Assembly: GCA_002269645.1 (NCBI GenBank)
Contig: NIVC01000694.1
Span: forward strand, 124,001 to 188,000
Length of the DNA: 64,000 bases
DNA from: Macrostomum lignano
Taxonomy: Eukaryota
Reading direction: 5' to 3'
Part shown: positions 1 to 11,744 of the stretch, in pieces
Position numbering within the stretch: the first letter of the stretch is position 1
Layout: the number at the start of each line of letters is the position of its first letter
The notes under the pieces: generated by a model
Database searches by the model: none
What the model was told of the DNA's origin: nothing
The model's input: the letters and a program-made list of their open reading frames with translations, nothing else
Translations under genes and position numbers: made by a program

Positions 1-725
1 AGTGGGTGTCGGGTAGAGTGGGTGTCGGGTAGAGTGGATGTTGGGTAGAGTGGGTGTCGGGTAGAGTGGATGTTGGGTAGAGTGGGTGTTGGGTAGAGTG
101 GGTGTTGGGCAGAGTGGGTGTTGGGCAGAGTGGGTGTAGGGTAGAGTGGGTGTCGGGTAGAGTGGGTGTTGGGTAGAGTGGGTGTAGGGTAGAGTGGGTG
201 TCGGGTAGAGTGGGTGTTGGGTAGAGTGGGTGTCTGGTAGAGTGGGTGTCGGGTAGAGTGGATGTTAGGCAGAGTGGGTGTTGGGTAGAGTGGGTGTCTG
301 GTAGAGTGGGTGTTGGGTAGAGTGGGTGTCGGGTAGAGTGGGTGTCGGGTAGAGTGGATGTTGGGTAGAGTGGGTGTTGGGTAGAGTGGGTGTCTGGTAG
401 AGTGGGTGTTGGGTAGAGTGGGTGTCGGGTAGAGTGGGTGTCGGGTAGAGTGGATGTTGGGTAGAGTGGGTGTCGGGTAGAGTGGATGTTGGGTAGAGTG
501 GGTGTTGGGTAGAGTGGGTGTCGGGTAGAGTGGATGTTGGGTAGAGTGGGTGTCGGGTAGAGTGGATGTTGGGTAGAGTGGGTGTTGGGTAGAGTGGGTG
601 TCGGGTAGAGTGGATGTTGGGTAGAGTGGGTGTCGGGTAGAGTGGATGTTGGGTAGAGTGGGTGTCGGGTAGAGTGGATGTTGGGTAGAGTGGGTGTCGG
701 GTAGAGTGGATGTTAGGCAGAGTGG
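1..725. repeat. 16-bp G-rich minisatellite (AGTGGGTGTCGGGTAG)n in an SSUH2 intron, truncated by the window edge
   Basis: About 45 tandem units read directly, with GTC/GTT and GGA/GGG variants. Confidence 0.97.
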
Positions 726-748
726 GATTTAGAGACTTATCCCCTCAC

Positions 749-3168
749 CTTGACTGTGTCGGTGTGAGGCACGATGCCCTCTCTGTCCTCGTCCTCGAAC
801 ATGTCGGAGGGCTTCAGCTCGACATCCCAGGGCCCGGGGACGCGGCCGGAGTCCCTGCTGTCAACCTCCTCCTGGCCGGTGAAGGGCTTGTAGGTCCAGC
901 AGGTGTAGCGGGCCTCCAGGAAGGACTCCAAGTCGTACTGCGGAGTTCGAGGGAGACGACCAGCGTTTGATTCGGGGGAATCTGGGGGGGGGGGGAGGTT
1001 CAGTTGGAGAAACTCAGCTCAGTTGGGTGAGACTCACGTGCCAGGCCAAGGTGTTCTCAACCTTGGTGATCGGCAGATCCTTGATGAAGTCCCGGCCTCG
1101 GCAGCACTGCTCAGCTGCCGCCTGCAGCAGAATGTCGCGGGCCATCGCCTCTGTCACTTTCGGCAGCCTGCGGAAATGGGAGCGAGGGGTCAGCCAGTCC
1201 GTCCCCGCCTGTCCCAGCCAGTCCGTCCCCGCCTGTCCCAGCCAGTCCGTCCCCGCCTGTCCCAGCCAGTCCGTCCCCGCCTGTCCCAGCCAGTCCGTCC
1301 CCGCCTGTCCCAGCCAGTCCGTCCCCGCCTGTCCCAGCCAGTCCGTCCCCGCCTGTCCCAGCCAGTCCGTCCCCGCCTGTCCCAGCCAGTCCGTCCCCGC
1401 CTGTCCCAGCCAGTCCGTCCCCGCCTGTCCAAGCCAGTCCGTCCCCGCCTGTCCCAGCCAGTCCGTCCCCGCCTGCCCCAGACTCCAGGATTGAATTCCC
1501 AGATCCCAAGCCCAAAAAATTGCCAGTTTTCCTCCTGGGTGGCAGAATTCAGTTTGCATGGAAATTTCACCGGTGCTCTCTAGGCGAAACTCCACCAAGT
1601 TGATCAAACTGGCCAAACATTTTCGGAGAAAAACACGGGCGACGCAGCTGCGGTAGGGAAGCCGGCGCGGCTCTCACCTGCGTGCCGCAATTAATTGCTC
1701 TGAATTTGCTGCTCCTGGGGGGGGGCTTCTCATCCCGGAACTCGCGGGGGGGGGGCTGTGCAAACAAATTCAATCTGCCAAATCTCCCCAGGACTCAACA
1801 GCATCTGTGAGAGGCGCCACTCACTGCTGGAAGGTCTTGATTCCCGCGTCCGGGTCGAATCTGTAGGCCTCCTGCTTTGGCGCCGGCTGGTGTGACAGCT
1901 CTGCAATGGTTAGCGGCGGCGGACTGGCATGCGACTGGCATCTGACTGGCATCTGACTGGCATCTGACTGGCATCTGACTGGCATCTGACTGGCATCTGA
2001 CTGGCATCTGACTGGCATCTGACTGACATCTGACTGGCATCTGACTGGCATCTGACTGGCATCTGACTGGCATCTGACTGGCATCTGACTGGCATCTGAC
2101 TGACATCTGACTGGCATCTGACTGGCATCTGACTGACATCTGGCTGGCATCTGACGCATTGAAAACAGTGTGTCAGATAGCCCAGGGCGGACAGCACAGG
2201 GCGGATAGCAGAGGGCGGATAGCAGTGGACGGATAGCAGAGGGCGGATAGCAGTGGACGGATAGCAGAGGGCGGATAGCAGTGGGCGGATAGCAGAGGGC
2301 GGATAGCAGAGGGCGGATAGCAGAGGGCGGATAGCACAGGGCGGATAGCAGAGGGCGGATAGCAGAGGGCGGATAGCACAGGGCGGATAGCAGAGGGCGG
2401 ATAACAGAGGGTGGATAGCAGAGGGCGGATAGCACAGGGCGGATAGCAGAGGGCGGATAACAGAGGGTGGATAGCAGAGGGCGGATAGCACAGGGCGGAT
2501 AGCAGAGGGCGGATAACAGAGGGCGGATAGCAGAGGGCGGATAGCAGAGAGAGCATAGCACAGGGCGGATAGCAGAGAGCGCATAGCACAGGGCGGATAG
2601 CAGAGGGCGGATAGCAGTGGACGGATAGCAGAGGGCGGATAGCAGTGGGCGGATAGCAGAGGGCGGATAGCAGAGGGCGGATAGCACAGGGCGGATAGCA
2701 CAGGGCGGATAGCAGAGGGCGGATAGCAGAGGGCGGATAGCACAGGGCGGATAGCAGAGGGCGGATAACAGAGGGTGGATAGCAGAGGGCGGATAGCACA
2801 GGGCGGATAGCAGAGGGCGGATAACAGAGGGTGGATAGCAGAGGGCGGATAGCACAGGGCGGATAGCAGAGGGCGGATAACAGAGGGTGGATAGCAGAGG
2901 GCGGATAGCACAGGGCGGATAGCAGAGGGCGGATAGCAGAGGGCGGATAGCAGAGGGCGGATAGCAGAGGGCGGATAGCAGAGGGCGGATAGCAGAGGGC
3001 GGACTACAGTTTCTCACCCCCAGGCAGGCCAATCGTCTCGTATCCTTCGACGTCGTCAATCAGGACCAGCTGCGAGTCGGCGAAGGTCTTCAGCAGCTGG
3101 CGCTCCTCCTCCTCGTCCATCTCCGGCACCAGCGTCACCAAGGACGCCGCTCTCGAGGTGGAGTCCAT
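749..3168 (-). CDS. SSUH2: SSUH2-like protein, 5' four coding exons; gene continues left of the window
   Basis: Exons 3168-3018, 1900-1825, 1167-1038 and 937-749 have GT-AG ends and compatible phases. The spliced protein MDSTSRAAS...[14 protein letters not shown]...[12 protein letters not shown]...[26 protein letters not shown]...[30 protein letters not shown] matches the recalled SSUH2 N-terminal conserved region. Confidence 0.85.
1191..1480. repeat. 24-bp intronic minisatellite (CAGCCAGTCCGTCCCCGCCTGTCC), about 12 copies
   Basis: Direct tandem units; they explain the SQSVPACP-type repeat ORFs. Confidence 0.97.
1921..2155. repeat. 11-bp intronic minisatellite (GACTGGCATCT)n
   Basis: About 21 direct tandem units. 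Confidence 0.96.
2176..3002. repeat. 14-bp intronic minisatellite (GGGCGGATAGCAGA)n
   Basis: About 58 units with point variants; fills the SSUH2 intron up to the donor at 3017. Confidence 0.96.
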
Positions 3169-3820
3169 GGCCTGAGTGAAGCTCGGAGGCTCGGGTCAAT
3201 CAGCTTCAGAAGAATCAGCTTCTGCTTCGCCTCTTCGACCGCCTTTTCCAGCAGCCTCTCTCGGACCCGCAGCCAAGTCCCGGGCAGCTGGGGTTTTGCT
3301 TTCACTCGCCATCGCTCCCGCCCAGCCTCCGCCCCCCAGCAACAGCCTCTCGCCGCAACACCAGCCAAGGAGGAGAGAGAGGGGAATTTCTTCCCAACTC
3401 GCGGTGAGGAAGAACAATGGGAGGACAGGGGATGAATTTGCCAACCAGAGCCGATACCGGTGGCGGCTGGATCGATGCCAGCTGAGTCGCTGGCAGCCCC
3501 ACCCCGCCAGCTCAGCCATGGAGACTTAGAGCAGAGCTTTGGAGTTGAATGATTCAAGCCACAGCTCCTGCCCAAATCCCAATTTTCAGTTGCTGTTCTT
3601 CAGTTTGCACAAAGATGTACAACTGCACGTCTTAGAGTACAAAGTTGTACAGATCACAGATACGAGCACACGAGGCTTCAATTCTGGCATCAGGCTGGTG
3701 GGGGCTCCTCCTTATTCACCTGTGCGATTTCCGGTTATTTCTAACAAAATCAATGAATGAGCAGCTGCATTTTCTCGAACTCAGCCAATTTTACCAGGTG
3801 CTTCAATAGCCGGCTTGCCC

Positions 3821-4048
3821 TGAGCCCAGCTGCTGCAGCATTGCGGTTATGTTAATGAGCAGTGAGCCCAGCTGCTGCAGCATTGCGGTTATGTTAATGA
3901 GCAGTGAGCCCAGCTGCTGCAGCATTGCGGTTATGTTAATGAGCAGTGAGCCCAGCTGCTGCAGCATTGCGGTTATGTTAATGAGCAGTGAGCCCAGCTG
4001 CTGCAGCATTGCGATTATGTTAATGAGCAGTGAGCCAAGCTGCTGCAG
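3821..4048. repeat. 42-bp tandem repeat, about 5.4 copies
   Basis: Unit TGAGCCCAGCTGCTGCAGCATTGCGGTTATGTTAATGAGCAG. Confidence 0.95.
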
Positions 4049-4337
4049 CGCAGGGATGCTGGACTTTCAGGTTGCCGTGCTCAGCCAGTCGAGCGCGAAT
4101 TCCTCTGTTCCTTTCATTGGAAAAGAGTTTTTATAGTTGAGTTTTCTACGCGATCGCGTCTTACGTTAGCGTGCGGAAATTCTGCGGTACTGCGACTGAA
4201 GGGAAGGACTGGGACTGGCGCTGGAGGGTGCGGGGTCGCCACCCCCACGTGGATAAAGTACAAAATCTACGATGCGATAAAACAGCTTTCCCGATCGAGA
4301 GCATAATAACATGAGGCCACCGTAGGGTGACATTTTA

Positions 4338-5150
4338 TTGGGCTGTAGAATACTGCCTTTTAGGACGCGTTTTTGTAGCAAATCTGTCAGTGTCACAGTG
4401 CGTGAAGTCGAGGAGGTCTGTGGCATCTCCATTGCTTCTGCAAGTCGCATTCTCAAGGAGATAAACAGGTCAAGAGTCTGCGCCAAGTGGGTGCCCGGAC
4501 AATTTGACCCCGGACAACAAAAGGCAGCGAATTCAGTGTGCCACGGAGAACTTGAAGGTCAGGCAACAGCTTAAACGACTTCTAATCAGCATGGATGAAA
4601 CCACTGACAATGTTTAATTAACCAATGACCAAACAGCAGCCTATGCAGTGGGGGCCCAGGGGCCGTCAGCCATACACAAAGCCAATGAAGTCTGCATGGA
4701 TATGCAACACCAGGTGCACTGTGTGGTTTGACGCCTTCGGGGTTCTGATGGCCGACTACCTGGCAGAAAAGGCCACCATCAATGCCGCCTACGTGCAAGA
4801 TCGAGTTGTGGCCTCAGGAAGCGCCACATCATGCGGCAAGCCCTGCATCTTGTGCGACAAGTCTCGCCTTCACGCTGCCTCGGCCACCACAAGAAAAGTG
4901 CAAGGGCTCGGCTTTCGGCTGCTTAGTCACCCACCTCATTCACCAGACCTCACCATCGCTGATTTTCATTCGTTTGGAGCGATGAAGAAGCCTGCGAGGT
5001 CGCTTCTTTACCACCGTGAGGTCATTGCGGCGGCCAACGAATCTCTCTGTGCGCTGCCTTGGAGTTTTTGGGATTAGGGAATAAAAAACTGCTGCATCGC
5101 TGTGGCAGCTTCCAGCCGAATGGAAGCTTTGAAGAGCACGCTGAAGAAAT
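4338..5150 (+). mobile_element. Decayed mariner (D34D) transposase remnant
   Basis: RVCAKWVP linker, DETT first catalytic D, then CD(34 aa)D ending HPPHSPDLTIADF, and a GIKKLLHR-like C-terminus. Interrupted by stops and frameshifts; TIRs not found. Confidence 0.85.
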
Positions 5151-5927
5151 GGACGGCGGCGCTGACTTCTGACATGACGAACACGTGCAACACGTCTCTA
5201 GATGCGAGTCAAAAACTTCATTTAACAAAAGATCCCATCACTTCGGTTTGGTTGGACCAGGAATTGAAGAAGCCTCTCTATTCGGGTCAGCTCTCTCGGG
5301 TGCTTTGAAGCTTCACAATAGCAATCCGGCCCGCTCAAAGTTTGTCTCTTCTCTCCTATCGTCTCATCTCTCATCCCTCATCTCCTCTTTCTCTTTCCTA
5401 AAACATGAAAATATAGTTTTCTTCAAAACTCCTGTCGGCATTTGTTCCTAGCCTACTGCTTAGAATACGCTGCAGGTTTGCTCAAAAACTGCAGGACAAT
5501 TCCAAAAAGACCAAAGTCTGTAATAACGAGTCCAACCATTTCAAACTAATGAGATCTTTAGTAAAATGTGGGGCAATTGGGGAATCGAAAAGGAGTTGCC
5601 ACTCCAAGCTCTGCTCTGGTTCTCCATGGCTCAGCGCACCAGTCCTCCATACTGCAGTCTGCAACCCGTGCTGCTCCTCATTTCGGCTGAGAGCCTCGCA
5701 GGCTTGGCATAGGCAGGGGGCTCTGCATTAGCGGAGGGTCGGAATGGGAATCTTGACTGCCTCTTTTACCCCTGGGACTTCACGGTACCTGAGCGCTGGA
5801 GCATTGCTGGAGCATCGTTGGAGCATTGCTGGAGCGGGACGAAAGTTTGTCCTGACAGGCTGTGTGTGGGGGTGGGGATGAGGATGGGGATGGGTATTTT
5901 TAAACTTTTGTCTCAGGACCGAGGCGT

Positions 5928-6897
5928 CTATTTGGCTTTTTCAGATGCAGGGCGTCCGGCGGATGCAGCGAGGAGGCGGAGGAGACCGCCCATTCCGCTA
6001 GCCCCTGGCGACCAATGACTTCCTTTGGTCTCGCCTGCAGCGCGGTCCTCCTCACCGGCGGTGGGGAAGAACTCAGCTCGTCCCGTGTCCCTGAGGTACC
6101 GGGCGAGCAGCGGGATGCTCTCGGGCCTGCAAACGTCGGAGAGAACCGGGTTTGGCCCGAGGTGAGTGAGCCTGGCCCTGGTGAAGACCGGGCAGTGGCA
6201 GATAAAATTCTCGGCGTTTTCACTGCCTGAGCGGCAGAAGGGGCACCGCTCCTCGGGTACTTGGCCCTGAAGGAAGCGGTGGCGAGAGAAGCAGCCATGC
6301 CCGGAGAAGGCCATGCTGACTGCTCTGAGGTCTCTGCGGTTGAGCCTGAGGAGGGCTCTACGCAGGAGAGGGGAGGGACAGGGGACGGCAGCACGGGATT
6401 GCCTGCAATTCTGGGTGTCGTGCCACCTGTGGAGATGCTCGGAATCAGTCCAGCGCTTAACGCGGGAGTTGATCACCGAGGCGGGGATGGGGGCTCCCGG
6501 CCCCAGCAGCGCGCCGGCGGAGCCAGCCTTGGTCAGCAGGTCGGCGCGCTCGTTGCCGAGGAAACCAGCGTGGCCCAGGATCCATCTGAGCTCCACCTGG
6601 TTGCCTAGCGCAAGCCCGTTGAGCTGGGTGTTGCAGTCCAGGACGGACCTGGAGCTGGTGGTGCAGCGGCAGAGGGCCCGAAGGGCTGCTTGGCTGTCAG
6701 AGTGAAAAATAAATTTCCGACCGCTAAGCTGCCTTCGGCGCAGCTCTGCCCGCAGGAGCTGATGGCAAGCACCTCGCTCTGAAAAACACTGGAGTTGGGC
6801 CCAGTGTGCTGGGAGTAGCTCCACACCACTTCTCCCTTGAAGAAGACGCAAGCTCCGAAGCCTGAAAGACCATGCCTCAAAGAGCCGTCAGTGTAAC
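5928..6897 (-). mobile_element. 5'-truncated, frameshifted non-LTR retrotransposon 3' fragment (RNase H + Cys/His knuckle; I/R1/LOA-like group)
   Basis: CYTDGS...SVFQSEVLAI...HSDSQAAL...LRWILGHAGFLGNERAD RNase H motifs spread over two frames, followed by CPFC..ENAENFICHC. Confidence 0.85.
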
Positions 6898-7005
6898 AGT
6901 GGACTTCAGAATCGCTCCAGCTGTCACTCGCCGTTCGAGGCTGAGGTCCGTGTGTTTGCCTTGTGAATATTCTCTGACTGCTGCAGATAACTAAGGCTAT
7001 TTATT

Positions 7006-7575
<570 letters not shown>

Positions 7576-7746
7576 CCTGTTAAAGTATTTATGCTAGACG
7601 TACTCGCATTCGTACCTCACACATCTGGAATATCGGAATTCCCTGTCTATGGCCCAGGCCGGGAAAATCTATCAAAGTCAGCAGTTTGCAGCGCAGGCAA
7701 GGGATACATATTTGCAGGTTCCGCAATTCTCAGATCCCAGAGCCGC

Positions 7747-8046
7747 ATGGACACCATGCCCATAGTGTACACGGCCCTCGTGCTGGTCATCTCTCTGGTG
7801 CTGGCGGTGGGCGCGGACGCCCTGCTCATCTTCCTGGTGCAGGTGTGGCTGCCCAGTCGGGCTGCTCGAATCGCGGCCGAGAATCTGCAGTCAGGGGCGG
7901 CCGAGGCGGGCGGACTCGAGGCCGCGCTGCCGCCGTCCATGGTGGTGGCCGCGGCGACAGTGGCAGCTGCGGCGGCCGAGGCGGAGCGAGACGAGCGGGA
8001 GGAGACGATCGACTCGGAGCCGTCCGAGACCGATGAGCAGCTGTGA
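7747..8046 (+). CDS. Small (99 aa) single-pass membrane protein with an acidic tail, unknown family
   Basis: MDTMPIVYTALVLVISLVLAVGADALLIFLVQVW... GC-rich codon usage like neighbouring genes, and a TTTGCAG acceptor about 30 nt upstream of the ATG. No homology recognised. Confidence 0.5.
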   Translation: MDTMPIVYTALVLVISLVLAVGADALLIFLVQVWLPSRAARIAAENLQSGAAEAGGLEAALPPSMVVAAATVAAAAAEAERDEREETIDSEPSETDEQL

Positions 8047-8080
8047 GCTGCCGCCACAGTTCTAATTGCAAAATGTTCAT

Positions 8081-8345
8081 GGCTGCTAACGATTAAAAGT
8101 ACATCTGATCACTGATTGGCTGCTAATGATTAAAAGTAAATCTGATCACTGATTGGCTGCTAATGATTAAAAGTACATCTGATCACTGATTGGCTGCTAA
8201 TGATTAAAAGTACATCTGATCACTGATTGGCTGCTAACGATTAAAAGTACATCTGATCACTGATTGGCTGCTAATGATTAAAAGTACATCTGATCACTGA
8301 TTGGCTGCTAATGATTAAAAGTAAATCTGATCACTGATTGGCTGC
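8081..8345. repeat. 37-bp tandem repeat, about 7 copies
   Basis: Unit GGCTGCTAATGATTAAAAGTACATCTGATCACTGATT. Confidence 0.95.
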
Positions 8346-8452
8346 AGGAATTTCATTCTGCCTCGGCCTGGAACTGTTGAATGAATATTTATTGCTTGCA
8401 GCTCATTTTTAATGCAATTCGCCAGTGACAGATGACTCATTGATTGCAGTCG

Positions 8453-9060
8453 GTGACTCTCACTGTGCGCTGTGACTGTTCCTCAATTACAGTCACTGAC
8501 TCTCATTGTGCGCTGTGACTGTTCCTCAATTACAGTCAGTGACTCTCATTGTGCGCTGTGACTGTTCCTCAATTACAGTCACTGACTCTCATTGTGCGCT
8601 GTGACTGTTCCTCAATTACAGTCAGTGACTCTCATTGTGCGCTGTGACTGTTCCTCAATTACAGTCACTGACTCTCATTGTGCGCTGTGACTGTTCCTCA
8701 ATTACAGTCAGTGACTCTCATTGTGCGCTGTGACTGTTCCTCAATTACAGTCACTGACTCTCATTGTGCGCTGTGACTGTTCCTCAATTACAGTCAGTGA
8801 CTCTCATTGTGCGCTGTGACTGTTCCTCAATTACAGTCACTGACTCTCATTGTGAGCTGTGACTGTTCCTCAATTACAGTCAGTGACTCTCATTGTGCGC
8901 TGTGACTGTTCCTCAATTACAGTCAGTGACTCTCATTGTGCGCTGTGACTGTTCCTCAATTACAGTCAGTGACTCTCATTGTGCGCTGTGACTGTTCCTC
9001 AATTACAGTCAGTGACTCTCATTGTGAGCTGTGACTGTTCCTTAATTACAGTCAGTGACT
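8453..9060. repeat. 43-bp tandem repeat, about 14 copies, with an internal inverted repeat
   Basis: Unit GTGACTCTCATTGTGCGCTGTGACTGTTCCTCAATTACAGTCA. Confidence 0.96.
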
Positions 9061-9435
9061 CCCAAACTTTCTAAAGCGTATTTAAACAAAATGAGAATTT
9101 TTATGCGTTTCAATACGCAGCTTTCGCAGTTTCTAAAGAATTTACACAATATAGAATTATAGATGCTTAAGAAGCGACTCAAAAATCTACTCAAGTTGCT
9201 CGCATTTCTGCACACAGCTGTGCGCTCAGAGGGGTCCAAGTCACAATGCAAACTACCGAGCTGTACAGGCCTGGGGCGGCACAATGCAGTCTTGGGGGTT
9301 ACCGGGCACCCCCAACCCGCCAGGCTGCTCACTCAGTTCTCACATAAAAGCTCTGCTCCTGGGAGACCGACGCGAGCAGACTCAGATGCGAGAGGCACCC
9401 CCAGACTGAGGCGGGATCTTTGCATGCACTCCGCC

Positions 9436-10833
9436 ATGCAGGCGCAGACTCTGAAGCTGCTGCTTCTGCTGCTGCTGGCTCTGACGCTGCCGCCGCTGCT
9501 GCTCGCCACTCAGTTGCGGGCCGAGCCGCGGACGGTCGCTGCCGCCATCTTTTCCAGCTGCCTCCTCGCGCTCGGCGCCCTTTGTTTCTTCAGTTGGCAG
9601 GATCGTCCGGCAAGTGCCGCACCGCCAGAGCCGCCGGCCGCCAGCCCCGGCCTTCAGTCGGCCGGCAGGCGCCTTCGAGGGCTGCCGCTGAGCGGCCAGA
9701 TCTCCGCCGACTATTCGGAGGCGGAGGGCGGCGGCGACCTGCCCGCCCGGCTGTTCCGGGCGGCGCGAGAGTCTGAGAACCCGCTGACGGTGGCTGACTG
9801 GAGCTGCGCTGATCGAGCCGCCGAGCGGCGGGCGACGGACCGGCTGACTCGCTTTGCCTGGACCGTGCCGCGCTGGTCGCGGGGCGCCCGCTCGGTGCGG
9901 CAGCTGCTGAGCCCGGAGTTTGCAGACCCTTTGTTGCCGGGCGTGTCTTGGGTCTGCCAGCTGCGAAGGAAGGGTCAGCGGATGCAGGTGCGCGGGTAAT
10001 TCAATGGACATTGGACATTATGGACAAAATTGACAATAAAGAGAGATCATTGCAGATATCATTACTGTCTGGTCATTTCAAAATGGTCATTACAGACTGA
10101 TTACAGACTGAGCAAGTCCCTCATTTCCAACGAGTAGGTGCTGGTGAAGGCGGCCCGTCTGGAGCCTGTCGAGTTCCCCGAAGGCCGCCTGTTCGCCGAG
10201 TTGAGCTGCGCTTGCGGCGGCGTGGCCAAGCGCACCTTCGGCGCCTTCTACCCAGGCATTTTCGAGTTCGCCCTGAGCCTGGATGACGCCCCCGGGACCG
10301 CCGATTCGCTGACAGTGGCCTGCTCTGCCGCAATCCTGACCACCGTACCAATCAGCCAGCTGCCCCCGCTGCCGCCGACGTGCCAGACGGACGAGCAGGG
10401 CCGCTACGTAAACTGCCACCCGGCCGGCATTCGCTGGCAGCTAGCCGACTGGCACCGGCTGGCCTGGCGGCCTGGCGAGGCGGCCTTCTCGCCGCTGTTC
10501 AGCTGCGCCCCGCTGCCCGGTTGGCTGTGGCAGGTGCACCTGTACCCGGCATCTGACGAGCCGTCCACCGCAGGCCTGACGTCCGTCTTCCTCAAGCTGG
10601 TCGACACGGACGGCCCGGCCGCCGGGCCGCTGGAGGCGGACTTCGAACTGGCGCTGGTGCCCGGCGCCTTCGACTTGGCGACGTCAGCGGCTGACGGCTT
10701 TTTTGACACTGTGGAATTCGCGCGGGGCGACGCGCACGGATTTCGAGGCGTGGCGCTGCTTTGCCGGCTGCGTGCGGCCGGGCCGATGCTGATCGACTGC
10801 GCTTTGCGCTTAAAAATGCCGCTGTTCACGTGA
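9436..10833 (+). CDS. Membrane-anchored protein with two MATH/TRAF-like domains
   Basis: Exons 9436-9987 and 10138-10833 (phase-0 GT-AG intron). Two N-terminal hydrophobic segments, then FAWTVPRWS...SPEF...GVSWVCQL and IRWQLADW...FSPLFS...WLWQVHLYP...SVFLKLV...ADFEL...HGF...LIDCAL, both fitting the MATH beta-sandwich pattern. Confidence 0.7.
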
Positions 10834-11744
10834 AATTTTTAGCTGGTCTGACGGATCTCTCACTGTCTAAATACATCAGCAAACATTTTAATTGCAGCTT
10901 TCTCACGCATCACGTTAGTGTTTGAGCTATTCCTCAAAAAGTCACTCCGGTGTGAGTACTGTTATGCAGCATGTCAACAACTCACTGGATGGGATCCACA
11001 GTTAGACTCCCTAGTACAGTATATGTCGGCTTTACTTCCAGGAGCGCCGAGTCACTCCAGCGCAGAGCCGTGATGGGTCGAGAAGAAAAAGAAGTTTGGA
11101 AAAATAGAGACAAGGAGCCATGCAGCGCATCAAAACCAGGTGGCAGTATTGTGTTGAGAAAAAATTATTTTTGAATGCATTTACATTGTAGATCACAAAA
11201 ACATGCAATTTATCAATCCATGACATCATGTACTTATCTGAAATGATGGAGGGCACTGGCAGAATGACATTTAATGGTAAAATCGGCCTGCGAGTCGAAA
11301 AGCTCTTGTAAGCTCTTGTAAAAAGAGTGCTGTCGTAGTGCTGTTTTCGTTAGTGACAAAATGCTAGTGCTAGAGTCAACTTTCCTGAGCAGTTCCTCAA
11401 TACGTTTGTTTTACCCAATAGATACCGCAAATCGAACGTTTTCCTCCTGCGCCCAAGACTTCAAGACTTGTATACAACGGTAATTTCTAGTCGTCCTTGG
11501 TCCTTGACTTAACGCGTCGCAAGATTTGCCGTGCTTTGACTTGTTCTCGATCAATTCCCGTACCTGCGCCGTCTGCAGCCGCTGTCGCGGCTTGAGTAAA
11601 ATTTTCACATTGGCGCCCTGCTGCAGTCGGGTCTTTGGGTGCCCTAAGTCAACTACTCGTTGTCTCGGGCGCGCTGGGCTTTCGCGGAACCTGCTGTCAC
11701 AGGAGACTGTATTGACTTAGACAACATCCCCTGGGGGGGGCAAT

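Noticed and set aside
4140-5290. Terminal inverted repeats for the mariner remnant
   Set aside because: No matching TA-flanked inverted pair could be found by eye.
11030-11720. Coding-looking minus-strand fragments (VKILLKPRQ...IQVLKSWAQEE; KRIEELLRK...DFTIKC) cut off by the AT-rich block
   Set aside because: No family could be recognised with confidence. Death-fold and BTB resemblances are only 5-8 residues, and the frames contain stops.
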